Origin: Octopus sinensis | Lineage: Eukaryota | NCBI RefSeq assembly: GCF_006345805.1 | Contig: NW_021824509.1 | Span: forward strand, 1 to 18,691 | Direction: 5' to 3' | DNA: 18,691 nt | Notes under the pieces: generated by a model | What the model saw: only the letters and a program-made list of their open reading frames with translations | The model's database searches: none | Told to the model about the DNA's origin: nothing | Shown: in pieces, positions 1 through 11,325 of the stretch | Layout: every line of letters begins with the position of its first letter | How positions within the stretch are numbered: position 1 is the first letter of the stretch | Made by a program: the position numbers and the translations under genes

Positions 1-440
1 CTGAGCGCCTATTAATAATAATACTGTAATTGTTCCATTGTTGTTGTTTTTTTGTTTTCCCGTTTGGATTAAAATTATATATATATATATGTCTCTGTCG
101 GTGTTATTCTTCTTTGTGCTCTGTTATTTTATGATGACACTTTTTATGTATTCGACTGATAAAAGACATGAAATCAAGTAAGGAGTGGTGTTCTTTGGTT
201 AGACTGAATCCATCAGTGAAAGGTCTTATTTCTATTTGCCCCGCCCCCCAGTCAAACGGTTTAATCTAAGGAAAGAATAATTAATCGGTTTGATACTAGG
301 TTTATTACAGGGTCCTGGTGACGAGGTGCCAAAACTGGCAGCACGTCGAACAAAATTCTGTGTTCAACTTCGACTTGAACCCTACCGCAAACTTCAGGCT
401 TTCTGCCTACCGAAGAAAGAACTGTATATTGTACATAGTA

Positions 441-627
441 AGGCGCCGAGCGGGCTAAATGCTTCGCGACATTTCGTCCGCGTTCATGTTCCGAATTCTA
501 ATTTCTCCGAAGTCGACTTTGCCTTTTGAAGTCAATAAAATAAGCAACAGCTAATCACTGGAGTCGATAAAATCGATTTACACGATCCCCAGAAATTGCT
601 AGCCTTGTGCCAAAATTTAGCAATAAT
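441..627 (+). mobile_element. Degenerate tRNA-derived SINE, family A (same family as 13426-13658)
   Basis: Aligns by eye to the reverse complement of 13426-13658 and 15239-15470: aaatgcttcgcgacatttcgtc...gttccgaattctaatt (decayed B box)...gtcgactttgcctttt...cactggagtcgataaaatcgattta. The tail gaaattgctagccttgtgcc resembles the tail at 15471-15520. Confidence 0.8.
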
Positions 628-780
628 ATGAATGATATCCAGGACTATCCGTAAAATCGTCACTATGTGGATGTGTTAGATAAAAGATCTTTTGGGAAAA
701 CTATTAGCTGCACATTCATATATGTCTACTTTCTCCAAGCGGTCGATGTTTATTGAAAGGAAAACCCATGAATAGGTACT

Positions 781-1064
781 GCTAAGCAGCATTACCGTCG
801 CCGAGTTTGCTGTCAGAACGCAAAGAACTGGAAAAAAATAATAAAGTCCCTTACATGCATCTTGGTTACCATAAGATCAAATTCGCAAACCTTTTGAAAT
901 ATTTACAAGATAACCCTAAATTAGTTGCTCAGATGTTCACCTGGGAAGAGAAAAAGGGTATGGAAAGATCACAGAACCATGTAGCTATTCTCTTACCATT
1001 TCTCTATGGTAATTGCGTGTTACTGGAAGATGAATACATGGCCTTGCAAATTCTTTTACATCTT
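781..1064 (+). pseudogene. GAPVD1: Frameshifted fragment of GAPVD1 (GTPase-activating protein and VPS9 domain-containing protein 1), N-terminal region leading into the RasGAP domain
   Basis: 781-825 reads AKQHYRRRVCCQNAK. After a 1-nt frameshift near 826, ORF 807-1100 reads ELEKNNKVPYMHLGYHKIKFANLLKYLQDNPKLVAQMFTWEEKKGMERSQNHVAILLPFLYGNCVLLEDEYMALQILLHL. This matches my recollection of vertebrate GAPVD1: AKQQ...CCQHAKILEDTQFVDGYKQLGFQETAYGEFLSRLRENPRLIA...SLYGNCIMQEDESYLLQVLRYL. Similarity stops near 1064 and a stop follows at 1098-1100. Confidence 0.8.
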
Positions 1065-1148
1065 CATATAGTTTTGGCATCTGTTCTCTTTCTGAATTGA
1101 TAAAGAAGCTTTTCTTCTTCAACTGCTGTTGTTATTAATTTCTAAATT

Positions 1149-1253
1149 CCTAAAGGATAAAAGACAAAATTATCTTCGGTGGGGCTTGAACTCCGAGCAC
1201 AGGTTTTCAAAACCAATACCGCATGGTATTCGATCTAACGCTCTCAAGATTCC
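1149..1253 (-). mobile_element. Highly degenerate SINE family A fragment
   Basis: cctaaaggataaaagacaaaattatcttcggtggggcttgaactc...aataccgc...aacgctctcaagattc parallels cgaaaggatgaaaggcaaagtcgacctcggcggaatttgaactc...aataccgc...gctaacgattc. Confidence 0.65.
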
Positions 1254-1296
1254 GTTAAGTCACCGTTATATATTTGGTTACATATAATTGCTTCAG

Positions 1297-1538
1297 CTTT
1301 TGACAAAATCTTAGAAATTTTGATGGTGATGGTGGTGGTTGGTGGTGGTGGTGGTGGTAGGGTTGATAGTCGATTACATCGATCCCCATACTTTACTCGT
1401 ACTTTATGGTATCGACACTGAAAGGATGAAAGGCGAAACTGAAATCGGTGGTATTTTAAATTAGGGTATAAATAGCCGGAAGAAATGCTGTTAAGCATTT
1501 TGTCGGATGCCGTAACAATTCTTCCAGCTTACCGCCTT
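1297..1538 (-). mobile_element. Degenerate SINE family A with a (GGT)n expansion in its tail
   Basis: agtcgattacatcgatcccc...gtacttt...atcgacactgaaaggatgaaaggcgaa...gaaatgctgttaagcatttt...ccagcttaccgcctt is collinear with 13491-13658. Confidence 0.8.
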
Positions 1539-2739
1539 TATTTGATTATATGTTCAAGTCGACTGCTTAAAACCATACCTGCTTAAAATTTTATCTGATG
1601 ATAGTGGATTGTTTATTATCATATAATCTTTTATGACTGTATTAAATGAATTTAACCGAAACAGCAGTCGTAAAGTTTAAGCGCCAATCGTGTATACTAT
1701 TTTATATTTATGCCACACAAAGGATTCACGAGTAAGTCGTATCGATGATCACAAATTAGATATCTAAGGTATCTTGCCAGCACTTGATGACTGCAATATT
1801 ATTTTATTTCCCTGTGAGCTCTGTGCGTTTGTACCTTGCCCTTTTCCAGTGTCTTACATGTTGCTGTTTCACGATCTTTAAGGAATCCTTATAACTAAGT
1901 CATACAACCCTTCTGATATAACTTTCATCTTTTATTTGCATCAATTTTGCTCTGATACCTACAGTTTCTATTTCTGAGTATAGCCGGATTTAAGCGTGCT
2001 ATATCCTAAACCAAGCCATCCTGTAGATGCTGTAATTACAGATTAAGGTTGTTAACTATTAAACACGTTAAGAATGTCTTCCTTATGCATATATTTCTTA
2101 AGACTGGCAGATTTAGTGGCCTTTTTGATCTTTAAATAATAAGCTTTTCATTATTCAGTTTCAGGAACTCTGTGAATGGAAGAATATTAGGGGAAAATCA
2201 TTCTGAGAGTCTAATGTCTTACATATCTTCAGTTGCACAGTAAAAAGAATTTTCTCTTAAGTTTGCAGTTTCCAGAAAATTAAATGTGTTGTGAAAACTA
2301 TATCATGGTTAAAAGTGTTAAACCATAAGATGGCAATTAGAATTAATAACACAGAGAAACCGAGAAGATATTACATTAAAAAAATGTTGTATCCTATGTA
2401 TGCTATACACTGGTATAGAACAATAACTGAGTTAGATTTCTATATTTTCTGAATGGAAAACCATGAACGATATCTCCAAACGATAAACTACGGCGTTTAT
2501 CAATTGTTTTTTTTTTAAATGTTTCTAATATTGAATACAGATAGATATGTCTATCTTTTATTAAACTTTTAATACTTTTGATATATATTTAAAATAATAT
2601 AACTTAAATTAATTTTATGTATTGGCTTATGTTTTTCACAATTTGATTTGCCTTATAGTGGTTTTATCTCTAATTTAATATATAATATATATATATATAT
2701 ATTAATAAGACTCGTTTCAGTTAAGAAAAGTCACTGTCG

Positions 2740-2740
<1 letters not shown>

Positions 2741-2786
<46 letters not shown>

Positions 2787-2792
2787 ATATAT
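2741..2792. repeat. (TA)n microsatellite
   Basis: Direct reading. Confidence 0.95.
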
Positions 2793-2865
2793 ACACATAG
2801 CCTTAATGTTTCCAACAGTGTTCACTTCATCAAGAATGAAATGGTTGTGTTAAACCGGGTCACGG

Positions 2866-3502
2866 TGTGGATCTAATACACAAATGAGACTTGTCAGGGC
2901 TTGAATTAGCTAAGTCAACTGCTGGGACGAATATTGCAAAGGTATATCGATTCCACCAGATCATCGGTGGAGACCGGTACTTTATTTATCATCCGCAAAA
3001 TGATGATCGACGAAAGCGAGCTTGGTAGGATTTAAGTGGAGGTGCAATGGCCCAGTGGTTAGGGCAGCGGACTCGCGGTCGGAGGATCGCGGTTTCGATT
3101 CCCAGACCGGGCATTGTGAGTGTTTATTGAGCGAAAACACCTAAAGCTCCACGAGGCTCCGGCAGGGGGTGGTTGTGAACCCTGCTGTACTCTTTCACCA
3201 CAACTTTCTCTCGCTCTTTCTTCCTGTTTCTCTTGTACCTGTATTTCAAAGGGCCATCCTTGTCACATTCTGTGTGTCACGCTGAATCTCCTCGAGAACT
3301 ACGTTAAGGGTACACGTGTCTGTGGAGTGCTCAGTCACTTGCACGTTAATATCACGAGCAAGCTGTTCCGTTGATCGTATCAGCTGGGACCCTCACCGTC
3401 GCACCCGAAGGAGTGCTCCTATTGGTAGGATTTAAACTCAGTACGCAAGGAGGGGTAATGAATACTGCAACGTATTTCGACCGGTGCTCTAACGAGGCTT
3501 CC
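2866..3502 (-). mobile_element. Old family-A-related SINE interrupted by a younger SINE at 3036-3421
   Basis: With the insert removed it reads ccggtactttatttatc...aaatgatg...ggatttaaactcagtacg...aatactgc...tatttcg...gctctaacg, collinear with the family A minus strand. Confidence 0.65.
3036..3421 (+). mobile_element. Full-length tRNA-derived SINE, family B, with a perfect 14-bp TSD
   Basis: A box TGGCCCAGTGG (3048-3058) and B box GGTTTCGATTCC (3091-3102). TSD ttggtaggatttaa at 3022-3035 and 3422-3435. The 3' half is shared with 13675-13997 and 14318-14472. Confidence 0.92.
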
Positions 3503-3786
3503 GATTTCATTTCCTCGTCATGAAAACTCGTCAAATACTTCGATTTTGAAAATTCACTTCATTTACTTGAAATTTATGCATCGTTTTGAACAGTTTTTTT
3601 TTCTCGGTCTCTATCACATCTCTTCCATGAATAGATCGTTATTTAATTAACTATATATTAATTCCTAGCACACTGTAAAAAAAAACAAACAATAACAAAA
3701 ACAAAAAAACAACAACATATATATCCTTTTTTTTGTAATGGAATATTCTAAAGAAATATAACAACCTCTCTATCTGACACAGGTAA

Positions 3787-3809
3787 ACACACACGCACGC
3801 ACACTCACA

Positions 3810-3842
<33 letters not shown>

Positions 3843-3850
3843 GCACACAC
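3787..3850. repeat. (CA)n/(CG) compound microsatellite
   Basis: Direct reading. Confidence 0.95.
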
Positions 3851-4295
3851 TGACTTTCTCCCCCTCATTCTCTTCCTCTCTACCTATCAATTTCTCTCTC
3901 TTTTACCTTCATGTTTTTTTCTATTATTGCACCATTCTTTTTATAATTATACTTCTTTTAAACACGCCATTCTCGTTCCTTTCTACTTTCTACACAGAAT
4001 GCATATTTCAGGCATAACGTGTGTTCCTACATAATGATTGGTTCATAAAAATGCAAGACTCAAAACAATGAATTACTCGATTCCATTTTCTCCTTCTTGC
4101 ACGCAATATATCATAGATTTGTGCTCTGTTAAATAAGTCATTCACTTTGAGATTGCTTTCAGGGATCCACTAGATTAGCATTCATTTTTTTCTTACTTTC
4201 GGAGACATAAATCCCAAAATATTCACATGCCTGTTACCGCTAATACATTCTACTACCGAAGTTGGAAGCAATCCATAATAATCTTCCTTTTCCCC

Positions 4296-4412
4296 ACCCC
4301 ATGGTTCCAGTCACTGTGTGGTGCCTTGGGCGAATGTCTTCTTTAGCCATGGGCCGAACCAAAGACTTGTGAGTGGATATATGGTATACGAAAACTGAAA
4401 GAATCCCGTCGT
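4296..4412 (+). mobile_element. CORE-type SINE (family C), 5'/central fragment
   Basis: ccatggttcc...cactgtgtggtgccttgggcgaatgtcttct...gccgaaccaaagacttgtgagtggat...gaaaactgaaagaatcccgtcg is homologous to 11686-11802 and to the reverse complement of 12828-12899. ccttggg-caagt is the MIR/CORE-like motif. Confidence 0.8.
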
Positions 4413-4425
4413 ATGTGTGTGTATT

Positions 4426-4536
4426 ATATATATATATATATATATAATATATATATATATATAAAATAAATATAAGAGAGTGGTCACTATATTTAAATAG
4501 TATCTAATTCTCTCACCTTATAATACTATATATATA

Positions 4537-4583
<47 letters not shown>

Positions 4584-4601
4584 CATACATACATACATAC
4601 A

Positions 4602-4637
<36 letters not shown>

Positions 4638-4772
4638 CATATATATATATATATATTGGCCTGCTCGCTTAGCCGGGGGGGTGGCGTCATTCAAAAGCTA
4701 AAAACAATGCGAACGCATTGGTGACCAGCGTTGTGTAGCAACATCTGATAGTCTGATCGGTCACGTGATCAT

Positions 4773-4809
<37 letters not shown>

Positions 4810-4846
4810 TATAGATTATAATATATATATATATATATAAACACAA

Positions 4847-4914
<68 letters not shown>

Positions 4915-4921
4915 GTACACA

Positions 4922-4991
<70 letters not shown>

Positions 4992-5002
4992 TATGTATAT
5001 AT
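4426..5002. repeat. Compound (TA)n/(CATA)n/(ATCT)n/(CA)n microsatellite field with short embedded inserts
   Basis: Direct reading: (CATA)n about 4580-4630, (ATCT)n about 4851-4914, (CA)n about 4917-4953. Confidence 0.95.
4658..4772 (+). mobile_element. Probable 3' part of an octopod SINE-like repeat embedded in (TA)n
   Basis: GC-rich 115-bp island ggcctgctcgcttagcc...ggtggcgtcatt...tgaccagcg...atctgatagtctg...tcacgtgatc between TA tracts. Recognised only from recollection of octopus repeats; there is no second copy in the window. Confidence 0.5.
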
Positions 5003-5250
5003 AAATCCTAAATCCTAAAAAATGTTTTAGCCCGAAGTCTGCGGCCATGCTGGGGCACCACCGCTGTGGATCTAATACGCAAATGAGACTTGTCAGGGCT
5101 TGAATTAGGTAAGTCAACTGCTGGGACGAATACTGCAAATGTATATCGATTCCACCAAATCATCGGTGGAGACCGGTACTTTATTAACATCTGCAAAATG
5201 ATGATCGACGAAAGCGAGCTGTGGAGGATTTAAACTCAGTATGAAAGGAG
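5003..5250 (-). repeat. Duplicate of 2866-3443 lacking the SINE insert, joined to a retroposon-like 3' tail
   Basis: 5065-5241 matches 2866-3035 plus 3436-3443 with roughly ten differences by eye. 5003-5064 on the minus strand is gcggtggtgccccagcatggccgc...ttttttaggatttaggattt. Confidence 0.85.
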
Positions 5251-5258
5251 AGGGATCC

Positions 5259-5290
5259 ATAATATATATATATATGTATGTATATATATT

Positions 5291-5338
<48 letters not shown>

Positions 5339-5403
5339 TATATGTATATATATGTATATATGTATATATATGTATATATGTATATATATTATATATATAT
5401 ATA

Positions 5404-5458
<55 letters not shown>

Positions 5459-5502
5459 GATGTATATATAATATATATATATAGTATATATATATATATA
5501 TA
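5259..5502. repeat. (TA)n-based microsatellite with TATG variants
   Basis: Direct reading. Confidence 0.95.
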
Positions 5503-5922
5503 TTTGAAAAAATGATAAAGTTCGAAAATGCTGCTATATTGCTAATTAACAATTTAATTTTTATATATACATTATAACATGTTTCAGTTCCTGAAATGAA
5601 CCTATCAAAAAGAGTTATATATAAAAAAAGACAGCTCATGCCGTCAAACACAAGAAATTCATTTATAATACACAACGGAGTCAGACATCTTTAAAGTTCA
5701 AATATAGTTTGAAGTAAGTTCATTCATGCTATATGTTCAAAGTGTTCGATGCAGTGGCCCACGGTGGCGATACGTATTCAATACAAAAAACAGATCAAAG
5801 TGGTGGAAAGTAGTCAATACAGAAGATTGATGTTCCCGAAAGAGCGAGGAATTCATTTTTACCTTGAGCAGTTGTGATGACCCATGGTGGATGTTCGCTG
5901 GGTGATATATATATATATATAT

Positions 5923-6124
5923 AATTCATAAATGAGGATTATATGGTTAATGGACAATATGTCCAATTTTCGGCATATTTGGCATTAGAAATTTTTTTCC
6001 TTTGCCCTCATTTATGAATTGTTTATATATTTAACCGTTAAAGTTATTTTTTAATATGCTAGCCAGTGATAAAATTGTTTTCGAGAAAATATTTTTTTCG
6101 AAAAGAATTTTATCCTCACTTTTG
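5923..6124. mobile_element. (TA)n-embedded fold-back interspersed repeat, copy 1
   Basis: Core 5938-6020 is nearly identical to 12437-12517. Perfect 15-bp inverted repeat at 5923-5937 and 6006-6020. TA tracts lie on both sides. Confidence 0.75.
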
Positions 6125-7957
6125 ATATATATATATATATATACATTATATGTATATATAATAATTTGTATGTGTGCATGTATAGAGATTACCTGTAAGC
6201 AATTGCTCATTTAATTAACAATATTTTGGCGAAACAAAATCCGGCAAGGAGTAAATATCACCTAGTAAGAACGCTTGATTAGTTTTTATCATTCTTGCTG
6301 ACAGGAGGCATTTTTTGATTTTCCAGTGCGATTTACGCTTCATCCCATTTATCGATGAACACATCTACACGTACTCGTTCTATCACATTTGCATATCTTG
6401 CTGGGTACGTCAGATACACACGCACACGCAAGCAGAGAAACATCTATACACACAGATACGCACACCTTGCAAACAATATACACACATGCTATTTGTCTGC
6501 TTGGCCAATCCCCACATATTTCATTTACTTGTTCACTGACACGCTGTTTTCTTTATCTGCATTTTCTATCGATTTCTAGGAATCTCTGCTACTCACGGCT
6601 AACAAACTGCATACCCTCTCTACTCAGAAATAATCTTTAGATTTTTGTTCTGCTATTGTTATCGTTATTTATAGTTTTTTGACTCCCAGACTTTCAAGTA
6701 AACAAATTTAACAATCCTTTCTCACAACTATAATGCCCAGCTGGAAATTTCTCTCTACCTCTTCATCGACAGCACTAACTCGTATCCGAGTAGTAAATTT
6801 GTAGTGAGTCATTGAGCTTCTCTAAGTGCCGAGGACGTTGGTGTCTAAGGTGACTGTTTAAGTGAAAGGTGGTATCGCAAGGGAGTTTGGCGGGGGACGA
6901 GAACGTACGACTCGCTCTTTGCATCTTCGATGACTGATCTCTGCCTCTCAAATCCTGTTACTCGTCGTATATTTTTTCCTGAATGCGTTCAAGGTTGACA
7001 AACATATACACTTACAAGCACAATCAAAATTCGACACCCGATGGGGTAAAATATTTTAGAATAAACACAAGAACAAACATCAGTAAAGAACGACAACTTA
7101 AAACTCCACCAAATTAATATAGGTGGTTAAAACATCTGATTCATTATAATTACAAACCAAAGTGAAATCTTATAAAAGTGCAGACTCAAATGAATAAGCA
7201 AGCATGGCAACAGTGTGTCACAAATATTAACACAAATATTAACACCCGAGAGAAATTATTCAGTTATTGACGAAAAAGGAAGATGGCATAACTCTCGTGT
7301 TAGAAGGTCGGATGGGCATTTTAATGAACTCTTTAAAACACAGCTAAAGGAAAGCGTAAATAATGTGTGACATGATGTTTGTTGCATTGGTAGGTGTAAG
7401 GCAATGGAAGTATGTGCCTTCTTTTTAAAACTAAAATTTGCTTTGCATTTTTTAAAATACAAAGCAAGAAGCCAACCGGCGTATTGGGTGACGCATATAC
7501 CAATATGTTGTTGCCGCAATATATGTTATGACGAAGTACAAAGGACGTGGACCACAGTACTAGACATTACTGGCGACGTTGTTCCTTTAAATAGTCTTCA
7601 ATTTTGCAACACAGTAGTAGGTAGTGGGCGATGATGTGAAAGGCAAATATGTACAAACAAATGGGGTCGGCTGTGTTCTGTAGATTGTGCTGACTACCGA
7701 AACATCACAGAATACTTCTTCCAGAACCCTACTTTGTTGTGCATTCAAAGAGAAAGGCGAATATCGATGGAGTACATCACAAAGACCAGCTGTTACATAT
7801 ATGGCTGTTACAGAAGCTTCGTGGCTCTCTGGTCATGGGAACTGGATAAGCAGAGACAGAAAGAAAGAAGAAAGTAGCTGAAGTAAAGCAACACAGCATT
7901 AGGTTTCGGAAACTTCTCTCTCTGGAACAACAAAATTTGTAACGCTGAGGACAGCTG

Positions 7958-8020
7958 AGAGAGAGAGATGGGGAAGAAAGAAAGAGAGAGAGAGAGAGCG
8001 TAGGAGATTTACTGCGGGCA

Positions 8021-8064
<44 letters not shown>

Positions 8065-8292
8065 TAGGAGATTTACTGAGGGCAGAGAGAGAGAGAGAGA
8101 GAGAGAGAGTGACAGAGAGATAGACTGAGGGTAGGTCAAACAGAGAGAAAGGGAGAGAGAAAAAGAGATAGAGCGTGAGAGAGAGACAGAGAGCAGGTCA
8201 GAGAGAGAGAGAGAGAGAGAAAGGGAGGGAGAGGCACACAGAGACTGAGGACAGTTCCGAGAGAGAGCGAGTGAGTGATAGACTGTGGATTG

Positions 8293-8331
<39 letters not shown>

Positions 8332-8850
8332 TGAGTGATAGATTGCGGGAAAGAGAGAGTGATAGATTGGGAGAAAGAGAGAGAAAAGGTGTGTGTGTGA
8401 GAGAGAGAAAGAGAGAGGTAGAGAGACAGATACAAACAGACAGGGAAAGACACTGACTGAAGGCAACTCTGAGAGAGAGAGCGCGAGTGTGAGATAGACT
8501 GATGGCAGGTCAGAGAGAGAGAGAGAGAAAGAGGGAAAGACAAAGAGAGGAAGGTACAGAGAGTCTGAGGGCAGCTCTGAGAAAGAGGGAGAGATAGACG
8601 GACGGACGGTCAAAGTGAGCGATAGATAGATAGACAGACAGAAGATAGCTAGCTAGCTAGATAGATAGATAGAAAGACTGAGAGAGGCAGAAGAACAACG
8701 ACAAATAGAGACTGAAGGTAGTCAGAGAGTGAGGCAAAGAAAGAGAGGAGGAGAGAGAAATAAAGAGATAGGGGTGTGAGAGAAAGAAAGAAAGAAAGAC
8801 GCGGAGAGAAAAAGAGAGAGAAAGTGAGAGAGAAAAGAGAGAGAGAGAGA
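7958..8850. repeat. About 0.9-kb purine-rich (GA)n field with recurring higher-order units
   Basis: (GA)n runs are interrupted by gagcgtaggagatttactg (twice), gagtgatagact/attg and gactgagggcag-type units. Confidence 0.9.
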
Positions 8851-9458
8851 GGGTGATGTAAGGAGGGACACTGAAATTAATGCATGGGGCCGTATGAATT
8901 TCACGTTCCTTACCAAAGTCGAAGGAACTGATGGGAGACACGAATGAATTGCAGAAAGAAAAGAAAAGCAACAACAAAAAAACAACAACATACAAACCGA
9001 GGACGATATGAAATCGACAACGAAGAAAATACAAGTGACACACTACTAATAAGAAGCTATTTAAATAGTTATAACCTTACTCAACAGAGCCCTTCCTTAC
9101 CCACTTACTGTGACGTAAAATACGCTGACCAGATCCAAGAGAGCGGCATCTCAACCGCGAAATGGATGGTGTTGTTTCCTATGAATTTCATGTTATATTT
9201 ATATATCTTTATTTATGTTTTGTGCATTAATATAATAATTGTTTATCTCTGTACATTAAGGAAATAATTTAATAAACAAAATAATATGTAACGTTTTCTA
9301 TCCCCTACAATCGTCATTTTTATATAAATATGTATGTACATCCACATATATCTTTTCTAAATCCTTGTGTTATGGCGTAATGTTTTGCATGTAAGAATGG
9401 GCTCCGGCGGCAAAATGAAAGAAAGGATTATTGTTGTTATTTCTATAATAAAAATTAA

Positions 9459-9460
<2 letters not shown>

Positions 9461-9524
<64 letters not shown>

Positions 9525-9692
9525 AATAATGATAATAATAATACTGATAATAATAATAACAATAATAATGATGATGATGATGATAATAATAATAATAACA
9601 ATAATAATAACTACTACTATCACCACCATCATCCTCATCATCATCATCATCATCATCTTCATCATCATCATCATCATCATCATCATTATTAA

Positions 9693-9769
<77 letters not shown>

Positions 9770-9782
9770 TACTATTATTATT
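9461..9782. repeat. Trinucleotide array switching strand: (AAT/GAT)n, then (CAT)n, then (ATT)n
   Basis: Direct reading. Confidence 0.95.
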
Positions 9783-9849
9783 CATCTACTTCTGGCCCCA
9801 TAATATTGAATGTTTATATACTTTATTCATGAAGTATACTCCCTTACAT

Positions 9850-10003
9850 ACATACAAACATACACTCACACACGTACGCACACACACACACACACACACA
9901 CACCACACACACACACATCTATGTATATATATATATATTTACATGTACACAGGCATACGTATCCACGCATATTATATGTGTATTGATATAGTTCTCTCCC
10001 TCT

Positions 10004-10045
<42 letters not shown>

Positions 10046-10438
10046 GCTTAGGTACATGCATACGGAAGTGCACACAGACACATATATGTATATACATACA
10101 CTATACAAACGAACACACACACAAATATATATATACGTGTATATATATCAGCTATCAGGCTTCGCTGTTCATGAGAATATACGATATCAGCAGCTGCATA
10201 TGTTACTGCACAGACACGCGCGCGCGCACATACGCTCTAACTCACGCGCACACACACATACTGTCATGCACACACACACACATATGTATATATACATGTA
10301 TGAACAAATGCACATCTGTATATGTTCATGTTATATACTTAGATACAAATCCATTCATCTCTCAAACCATCCGTCTGATGTTGATGTATTACTATTCTTT
10401 GAGAAGAAGTTTTTCTTGGCAAATATTAACACATGCAC

Positions 10439-10497
<59 letters not shown>

Positions 10498-11161
10498 AGC
10501 TCACACAATGTTTTACATATGCATGCAGTTTTATATTTATATACACATACATACACACGCACACATCTATATGTTTATATTCATTTACATACATATAAAA
10601 GCTAGTATGCTATATATACATATGTATATATATATATATTTTTATATTCATACATATAATCATACATATATATACATACATATATATGTATATATATATT
10701 ATAATATATATATATATATATTTATATACATACATACATATATATGTAATATATATATAATATATATATATTATATAATATATATATATATTATATATAT
10801 ATATGAATATAATAGTGATTATGCATTTATAATATATATATTTATGTATGTATACATAACTATATATATATATGTATACATACATACATACACATACACA
10901 TACACGCACCCTCGCACACGCAGAAACCGAGAAGCATCCGCTTAGATCTTTAAAGGCAAGCAACAGATAATATCTGTAGTAGTCTTTACACCCATATTAC
11001 CGCCCTTACTTGCACTTAAGAATTTTTTTGTTTTTTTCCCCCCCATCAGATTCTTTTGTGTCTTTATATACAATTTTATCCATAAATACAAGCATAAACA
11101 TACAACATACACATTTACAAACATACATATAAATACGTATATATATATATATATATGTATG

Positions 11162-11195
<34 letters not shown>

Positions 11196-11205
11196 TATGT
11201 ATATA

Positions 11206-11289
<84 letters not shown>

Positions 11290-11325
11290 CCAGCACACAT
11301 GCATATACGCATACGCATACATATT
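9850..11325. repeat. Low-complexity (CA)n/(TA)n/(CATA)n field with short unique spacers
   Basis: Direct reading; source of the YIYI/HTHT ORFs in the track. Confidence 0.9.

Noticed and set aside
1810-1910. Minus-strand LSYKDSLKIV peptide resembling the CR1/L2 LSYEERL motif
   Set aside because: Too short, with no supporting flanking motifs.
3036-3110. Possible tRNA gene
   Set aside because: A/B boxes are present, but there is no proper acceptor stem or terminator, and it continues into a SINE body bounded by TSDs.
3120-3374. 84-aa Cys-rich ORF (similarly 13532-13849, 13857-14093, 15263-15563)
   Set aside because: These lie within or mostly within SINE copies.
4476-4527. Small TA-embedded island with gagag...ctctc ends
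   Set aside because: May be another fold-back remnant, but 5-bp arms are too short to support a call.
5003-5016. Telomere-like repeat (aaatcct twice)
   Set aside because: Only two units and not TTAGGG; better explained as a retroposon tail.
5571-5615. Minus-strand hammerhead-like motif ggttc...gaactGAAACatgtt
   Set aside because: Stem II and a palindromic stem III are plausible, but the CUGANGA core and stem I are not recognisable.
7777-9043. Ser/Leu-rich and Arg/Glu-rich ORFs
   Set aside because: Products of the (GA)n field.
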